From assembly GCA_963793265.1 (NCBI GenBank), contig CAWBZI010000001.1, positions 1,696,001 through 1,760,000 of the forward strand: DNA of 64,000 bases. Direction: 5' to 3'. Below, piece after piece: positions 58,362 to 64,000 of this stretch. Source of the stretch: an uncultured cyanobacterium (GTDB lineage: Bacteria; Cyanobacteriota; Cyanobacteriia; Phormidesmidales; Phormidesmidaceae). Position 1 is the stretch's first letter. Each line of letters begins with the position of its first letter. The notes beneath the pieces are model-generated. The model made no database searches. It was not told the origin of the DNA and saw nothing but the letters and a program-made list of their open reading frames with translations. Both the position numbers and the translations under genes were made by a program.

Positions 58362-58883
58362 CTAGGGTGCAATCTTTTTTATCAAGCTTGTGATCGTGTC
58401 AAAAAGGATGAGGACGCCGATTACCATCATTCCTGATAGAACAATATTGAGGGTTGCAATGGTGTAGTAGAGCGCCTGAAACCAGCCGGACGGGATGTTG
58501 TCAAATTCACCGACAGGCAGGCTTAGGCACAGCAGTAGCGCTACAGAGGTGATAAACGTGATGGTCGAAATTAGACCGATTAAGCGAATGCTTTTGTATA
58601 CCGAGCGATCAAAGTCGGCATTCATTTTGTTGGTCATGCTGAGCAGGGTGAGCATGAGCGCAAGAATGGTGGATGAGGCGGTGGCGATCGCATTGCCAAA
58701 ATAAAGCGAAGAATCCTTCAGACTCGACAGCAGCTCAACGGCTTCAGTTTCGCCATACACCTGCCCGGTCAGTAGCGGCTGACCCACCGCAATTAGGAGA
58801 GTGACGCTCAGGCAAATAAACACGTAGCGCTTGCGTTTAGAAGTGCTCCATAGGGCATTCCATTCGTTAGTTTTATCCGCCAT
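58362..58883 (-). CDS. Hypothetical 4-TM membrane protein
   Basis: Hydrophobic segments; sits in an operon between YihY and DUF389. Confidence 0.7.
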   Translation of the reverse strand: MADKTNEWNALWSTSKRKRYVFICLSVTLLIAVGQPLLTGQVYGETEAVELLSSLKDSSLYFGNAIATASSTILALMLTLLSMTNKMNADFDRSVYKSIRLIGLISTITFITSVALLLCLSLPVGEFDNIPSGWFQALYYTIATLNIVLSGMMVIGVLILFDTITSLIKKIAP

Positions 58884-58902
58884 ATCTTTTTCTCTTTGCC
58901 TT

Positions 58903-59970
58903 TTAAGAAGACGTTTTTTTCCCTAATCGCGAATTCAACCGCTGCCGTTGTGAATAGCGCAACAGCTTTTGCTGAGCCCGATATTCCGATCGCGTCTGCG
59001 GCATGTCTGGATTTTTTGAGGGTGGCTTAGGCGTCGCAGCGCTTTCTCTAAGCGCTCGTTCTTCTTCAGTGAGGCCCTTTTCTTCAAGCGTCGCATCGGG
59101 CGAGAACTCCGCATGATCGTCGGGGCGAATATCAGAGCCAAAGCGGTTGGCATATACCTGAGTAAATTCTGCGCCGAACAGTAGAATTTGGGCGGAATAG
59201 TAAATCCACAGCAGCAGTACGACAAAAGAACCGGCTGCGCCATAGGCTGAAGCAACGCTGCTGTTTCCTAGATAGAACCCAATCGCAGATTTTCCGATGG
59301 TAAATAGAAGCGCGGTAATTGCCGATCCAATCCAAACGTCATTCCAGGCAACGGTGGCGTCGGGGAGCGTTTTGTAGATGAGTGCAAACAATAGCGTAAT
59401 GATGCCAAAAGAAACCACAGTATTTAATATCTGCCAACCTAAGTCCCATCCAGCGAGCGCGTCGCCAAACATGCCGTTCACCGCTGCAAGGCCCGCGCTA
59501 ATGGCCAGCGATACGAGCAGCAAAAAGCCAATGGAGAGCACCATGCCAAAAGATAGGAGGCGATCGCGCAATAGTTTCCAAAGCCCATTCTCGGGCTTGG
59601 GCACCACGTTCCACACCGTATTGAGCGCGTCTTGAAGCTGTACGAACAGACCCGTCGCACCTAAGACCAACAGTCCAACGCTGATGATCGTGGCCCAAAT
59701 GTCGCCGTCCTGCTGAGCTTTGCTCGTGAGCATTTCTTGCACCAGCTCAGCGCCGCTGTCTCCTAATAGACCCTGAAGCTGCTCGATGATGCGCGATTGA
59801 ACGGTGCTTTTTTCAAACAAAAAGCTGGCAACAGCGATGACGATAATCAGCACCGGGGCCAGGGCAAAGGTGGTGTAGTAGGCCAAAGCTGCCGCTAGCC
59901 GCGAAACCTTGTCGCGCTGCCACTCGGCAACCGTTTGCTTGAGCAAAGACCAAAGAATAGAAGGATTCAT
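58903..59970 (-). CDS. YihY/BrkB family membrane protein
   Basis: RLAAALAYYT.FALAP, QDALNTVW, YGAAGS.VVLLLW.YYSAQILL.GAE. Confidence 0.93.
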   Translation of the reverse strand: MNPSILWSLLKQTVAEWQRDKVSRLAAALAYYTTFALAPVLIIVIAVASFLFEKSTVQSRIIEQLQGLLGDSGAELVQEMLTSKAQQDGDIWATIISVGLLVLGATGLFVQLQDALNTVWNVVPKPENGLWKLLRDRLLSFGMVLSIGFLLLVSLAISAGLAAVNGMFGDALAGWDLGWQILNTVVSFGIITLLFALIYKTLPDATVAWNDVWIGSAITALLFTIGKSAIGFYLGNSSVASAYGAAGSFVVLLLWIYYSAQILLFGAEFTQVYANRFGSDIRPDDHAEFSPDATLEEKGLTEEERALRESAATPKPPSKNPDMPQTRSEYRAQQKLLRYSQRQRLNSRLGKKTSS

Positions 59971-60023
59971 AAGTGTTTTAAGGGTAGCTTCAGAGGTATT
60001 GGATTAATAAAAGAGGATGTTAG

Positions 60024-60051
60024 AAAAAAAGGCAACCCCGATGGATTGCCT
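60024..60051 (-). terminator. Terminator after the NarL-type regulator
   Basis: Minus strand aggcaatccatcggggttgcc-ttttttt. Confidence 0.8.
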
Positions 60052-60091
60052 ACAATGTGTGCTGTATATCGAGGAGAGTGCTTAGAGGCGC

Positions 60092-60799
60092 TTAGCTAAT
60101 CAGACCGGAGCGCAGGGCCCTGACGGCGGCCTGGGTGCGATCACTCGCCCCTAGCTTGTTCAAAATATTGCGTACGTGCGTTTTTACAGTACCCACGGTT
60201 ACAAACAGCTTTTCAGCAATCTGCGCGTTGCTGCATCCAGAGACAATACACTCTAGAATCTCTAGCTCGCGGGTCGTTAGCGGGTAGGCTTCAATAATCT
60301 GTTCGTACTCAGAATCTACCGCTCGAATTTCAACCGTTTTGCTGTTGAAGTTTTCTCCAACAGCCACCGTAGGCTTCACCTGCGAAAGGACGAGGCTGGC
60401 AATCGAAGGATCAATCCAGGAGTTACCCGCCTGAGTCTCTCTAATTGCAGTAATTAAGTCCTTGGTTTCAATTTCTTTGGTGCAGTAAGAGTCCGCACCA
60501 GCAGCAAAGGCAGCCAGCACTGCTTTTTCACTGTCATGCATCGTCAGCATCAAAATACGCGTGTCGCTATCAGGATTCTCTTTTTTGAACCGTTGAATCA
60601 GTTCAATCCCATCAATATCAGGCAGGCCGACGTCAACAACCGCGACGTTAGGCTTCATTTCCTCCATGAGGACAAGACCTTTTTCACCGTTGGGGGCTTC
60701 ACCCAAAAACCTTAGCCCAGCCTGACGAAATGCTGCCCTCAACCCCATCCGGGTCAGATCGTGGTCTTCTATCAGAGCAACGCTAATTTCTTCATCCAT
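60092..60799 (-). CDS. NarL/LuxR-family response regulator (OrrA-like)
   Basis: LIEDHDLTRMGLRAA receiver, VVDVGLPD, and LT.RELEIL...SNAQIAEKL.VTVGTVKTHVRNILNKL...RTQAAVRALRSGL HTH; likely ATG at 60799. Confidence 0.92.
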   Translation of the reverse strand: MDEEISVALIEDHDLTRMGLRAAFRQAGLRFLGEAPNGEKGLVLMEEMKPNVAVVDVGLPDIDGIELIQRFKKENPDSDTRILMLTMHDSEKAVLAAFAAGADSYCTKEIETKDLITAIRETQAGNSWIDPSIASLVLSQVKPTVAVGENFNSKTVEIRAVDSEYEQIIEAYPLTTRELEILECIVSGCSNAQIAEKLFVTVGTVKTHVRNILNKLGASDRTQAAVRALRSGLIS

Positions 60800-61071
60800 G
60801 CTGAAATACCTAAAGTTCTCGTGAGGGGCAAGTTGTGAACTATTCAATATATCGGATATCTACCGAATTGAACGTACAATAGCCAATTTGCAGTATATCG
60901 AGTAGCAGAGCATCTACCAGGTGGGTGACACATTTCTCATCAGTCTCTTTCTAAAGGAATAAGCTGTGGGGTGACCCAAAGGTAGAAGGGCGGAGGGGTT
61001 CCTATATTTGAGGAGTGGCTTTAGCATGGGTGAACCACTGAGTCGAACTTTTGATATAGTCCCTTGTTTAT

Positions 61072-62757
61072 ATGAACAGCTCCTCCGATGCAAATTTGAG
61101 CGTGAATTTATCGAAAAGTGAGCTAGAGCTGTTTTTTGAACTCACCTCTGATTTGATGTGTATTTTGGACGAGCAGGGGCGCGCGCTGCGGGTGAATCGG
61201 GCTTTTGAGCAAACGCTGGGCTATACGGACGAGGATATGCGCGATCGCCCCTTAGCTGCGATCGCGCACCCTGAAGACCAGGCCACCGTTGAAGCGGCTA
61301 TTCGCACCCTATCGACAGTGCCAGCCACTAGCTTCGTTAGCCGCTACTTATGTCAGCAAGACCACTGCCAGCTTGACGAGCAGGTATGCTGGCTGGCTTG
61401 GAACGTATCGTCAATTGCTGATGCAAAGGGCGTTCGGCGGCTGTACTGCGTCGCCCGTGACGTTACTCAGCACAAAACGAAAGAAAACAGTATTCAGCAG
61501 CTCAATGAGGCGCTAGAAAGTCGGGTGGCTAGGCGCACTGCTCAACTATCGACGGCGCAAGAGCACTATACAGAACTGCTGAAGGTAGAGAGGGCTGCGC
61601 ACAACAGAGCAGAGCGGGCCAAAGCGGATATGGAGCTGTATGCAGAAGTCGTGCAGAACATACAGGTGGGCATACAGATTTGGCAGTTAGAAGACCTATC
61701 AGATGAGCGTAGCCTAAGGCTGATAGCGATTAATCCGTCAGCGAGCACTGATCATGGGGTGCCTTTTGATGATCTGGTAGGGCAGACGATTGCAGAGGTA
61801 ATACCCGCGCTGATGGACTCCGATGTGCCTAAAATTTATGCCGATGTGGTGCGCAACAAAACGCCATATGATTTGGGCGAGGTGCCCTATAGCGATAGTC
61901 GGGTGGCAGCAGGGGTTTTCGCAGTGCAGGCATTTCCTTTGCCCGGTCGCTACGTGGGCGTTACCTTTGAGAATATTACTAAGCGAAAAGAGGCCGCACT
62001 TGAGCTAATACGGCAAAAGGACGACCTGCTGACGGTGAATATGCTGCTCACCGATACGATGACGAAGCTAGAGGAGCGCAATCAGGAGCTAGACCAGTTT
62101 GCCTATGTGACCTCTCACGATTTGAAAGCGCCGCTGCGGGCGATCGCGAACCTGGCTACCTGGATTGAAGAAGACTTAGGGGGCGATTTGCCGCCTGAAA
62201 ACGTAGAGCAGTTTGAGCTGCTGAAGAACAGAGTGCATCGAATGGAGGGGCTCATTAACGGCCTGTTGGAGTATTCGCGCGTGGGCCGAAAGCATCAAAG
62301 CCGTGAGCAGGTGGCTGTAGGCAAGCTGCTGAGTGAGATTGTCGATTCGTTCTCACCTCTGGGTGAATTTACGATTGAAGTTGACCCGAATATGCCTGTA
62401 TTTTCAGCTCGAAAAGTGCCGCTTTTTCAAGTGTTCTCAAACCTGATCAACAATGCCATTAAGCATCATGACCGTAAGGACGGACAGGTGCAAATTTCGA
62501 TGCGTGAGCTAGATGAGTTTTATGAGTTTGCAGTGGCTGACGATGGCCCTGGCATCGACGAAAAATACCATCAGAAAGTGTTTGCTATTTTTCAGACGCT
62601 CAAGGCTCGAGATGAACTCGAAAGTACGGGCATTGGGCTCTCTATTGTGAAGAAGACAGTAATGGCCGAAGGCGGGCAAATTTCGCTGGACTCAGCGCTA
62701 GGTCAGGGTGCGACGTTTCGGTTTACCTGGCCGAAGGCATCGCCGGATTCTGTCTAA
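61072..62757 (+). CDS. PAS-PAS sensor histidine kinase (Cph1/BphP-type HisKA, no photosensory GAF-PHY)
   Basis: Two PAS domains; FAYVTSHDLKAPLR, NLINNAIKH, DDGPGI, STGIGL. Confidence 0.92.
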   Translation: MNSSSDANLSVNLSKSELELFFELTSDLMCILDEQGRALRVNRAFEQTLGYTDEDMRDRPLAAIAHPEDQATVEAAIRTLSTVPATSFVSRYLCQQDHCQLDEQVCWLAWNVSSIADAKGVRRLYCVARDVTQHKTKENSIQQLNEALESRVARRTAQLSTAQEHYTELLKVERAAHNRAERAKADMELYAEVVQNIQVGIQIWQLEDLSDERSLRLIAINPSASTDHGVPFDDLVGQTIAEVIPALMDSDVPKIYADVVRNKTPYDLGEVPYSDSRVAAGVFAVQAFPLPGRYVGVTFENITKRKEAALELIRQKDDLLTVNMLLTDTMTKLEERNQELDQFAYVTSHDLKAPLRAIANLATWIEEDLGGDLPPENVEQFELLKNRVHRMEGLINGLLEYSRVGRKHQSREQVAVGKLLSEIVDSFSPLGEFTIEVDPNMPVFSARKVPLFQVFSNLINNAIKHHDRKDGQVQISMRELDEFYEFAVADDGPGIDEKYHQKVFAIFQTLKARDELESTGIGLSIVKKTVMAEGGQISLDSALGQGATFRFTWPKASPDSV

Positions 62758-63013
62758 GGAGGTAGCGATGCTATGCTCTTGGCAGCATTTTTCTACCCAA
62801 AGAGAGAAGACAGAATGTGTCGCGTAGATGAGCGATCGCCTGTATTTCTACGACTACGATGAGTTTGTTAAAAATTAATCGAAAAGTTACCGTTTGTTGA
62901 GAGACAATGAGACGCTTCTTAATAGTCTAATAACGCTGATAGTAGGCTGATATCGCTCAAAGCAAGGGAAAATTACTTGGTAGATAGCTCAGGGAGGTAC
63001 CTTAAGAAACAAC

Positions 63014-63442
63014 ATGCCAGATGGAACCGTCACGAACATACTGTTAGTTGAAGATGACAAAGTAGACGTTATGAACGTCCAAAGATCGTTTAAGAAAGCC
63101 AAGATAACGAATCCTTTATTTGTTGCTCAGAACGGCTTAGAAGCACTGGCAATTTTAAGGAATGAGTCTGAGACAGTTATACCGAAAGAAAGACGGCTGG
63201 TTTTACTAGACTTAAACATGCCAAAAATGGGCGGAATTGAGTTCTTACAAGCGCTTAGAGAAGATCCTGATCTGAGTCGCACACCTGTGATCGTGCTCAC
63301 CACCTCCGATCAAGAGAAAGATCGCATAGAAGCTTACAACCTCAACGTAGCAGGCTACATTCTAAAACCTGTAACGTTCATCAACTTCGCTGAGGTAATG
63401 GCCGCGCTCAATCGATATTGGACGCTGTGTGAAATTCCTTGA
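63014..63442 (+). CDS. Single-domain response regulator (Rcp1-like)
   Basis: ILLVEDD, LLDLNMPKM.G, VLTTS, YILKP. Confidence 0.93.
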   Translation: MPDGTVTNILLVEDDKVDVMNVQRSFKKAKITNPLFVAQNGLEALAILRNESETVIPKERRLVLLDLNMPKMGGIEFLQALREDPDLSRTPVIVLTTSDQEKDRIEAYNLNVAGYILKPVTFINFAEVMAALNRYWTLCEIP

Positions 63443-63687
63443 CGAAAAATCCATTAAAACGTTCTATATCTTCTTAATTTTTTCAAAAACCTGACTGAAA
63501 TAACCGTCACCATAGCTAAAGCTTTATAGCAAACTCCTACTATCGACACTGTTGTGCGGAGCGCACATTCCTTACAGTTTCAATACACGGCCCAAACAAG
63601 CTGTAAAGCAAACTTTTTAGTGGGTAGCCGCAACAAATTACGACTTTAAAAGATGACAGTGATGGTGCTTGTCCATCTCAATAAAAA

Positions 63688-64000
63688 ATGTTCACTTCTA
63701 CAGAAGATAAAAAATTTAAGCTCCTTATTGTCGATGATGATGAAGTCGATCGGATGGCGCTCAACCGGGCGCTGAGCGGAACAACGCTAAAGCCGACCGT
63801 CTCAGAAGCGACAGATGTAGATGAGGCACTTACCGCAGTTAGAGCAGGTGAGTACGACTGCATTTTTTTGGACTATAACTTGCCGGGTGGCAATGGCTTA
63901 GAACTCACTAAACATATTCGCAATCAGGGCATTCGAGTGCCCATTATTGTGCTGACGGGCCAGGGCGACGAGCAAACAGCAGTGGCGCTAATGAAGGCGG
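63688..64000 (+). CDS. Receiver-domain protein (probably hybrid kinase), runs off window
   Basis: Manual translation: MFTSTEDKKFKLLIVDDDEVDRMAL...FLDYNLPGGNG...IIVLTGQGDEQTAVALMKA. Confidence 0.85.
   Translation, partial: MFTSTEDKKFKLLIVDDDEVDRMALNRALSGTTLKPTVSEATDVDEALTAVRAGEYDCIFLDYNLPGGNGLELTKHIRNQGIRVPIIVLTGQGDEQTAVALMKA

Larger units (their letters stand above)
1..64000. repeat. HIP1 (GCGATCGC) highly iterated palindrome, dispersed
   Basis: Dozens of copies, e.g. 5786, 6224, 10791, 11768, 21073, 22612, 43943; not counted exactly. Confidence 0.95.

Noticed and set aside
61072..62757. Phytochrome
   Set aside because: The kinase core is Cph1-like, but there is no GAF/PHY domain or DIP motif.

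Overview
Chromosomal window from a cyanobacterium. Support: dense HIP1 octamers GCGATCGC, chlI, ndhA/I/G/E and cyanobacterial rpoZ. A Leptolyngbyaceae / Synechococcus PCC 7335-like lineage is my inference only. Layout: (1) 1-14.2 kb is a stress/UV block. It holds a GH13 glucan enzyme, a bdcA/bdcR-like SDR-TetR pair, a general stress protein, two overlapping photolyases (one class II-like), a mycosporine-like amino acid cluster (long divergent mysA, mysB, mysC, an extra methyltransferase, no mysD/E) and an RsbRD_N-type kinase. (2) 14.2-41.6 kb is mostly core genes: cell-wall hydrolases, rsmA-ispE-rpoZ, chlI-ruvC, DUF928-CHASE2/GGDEF, NAD kinase, ndhA-I-G-E, gltA, sixA, alr, peroxiredoxins, tRNA-Pro(GGG) and tRNA-Ser(GCU). 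A small patch of decayed genes lies at 21.8-23.9 kb. (3) 41.7-64 kb is a putative general/osmotic/desiccation stress cluster. It has three MscS channels, CsbD/LEA-like, DUF2267, DUF2294, DUF389 and YihY genes, a 1052-aa repeat membrane protein, a KaiC-like ATPase coupled to a pseudo-receiver kinase, and an OrrA-like NarL regulator divergent from a PAS kinase-receiver relay. Best leads: a recurrent 7-2-7 palindrome about 22-23 nt upstream of -10 boxes in stress-gene promoters, the KaiC-like/pseudo-receiver kinase module, the photolyase plus MAA UV block, and a local G-to-C skew flip centred on HIP1 sites. All family assignments come from motif recognition by eye; no searches were run.
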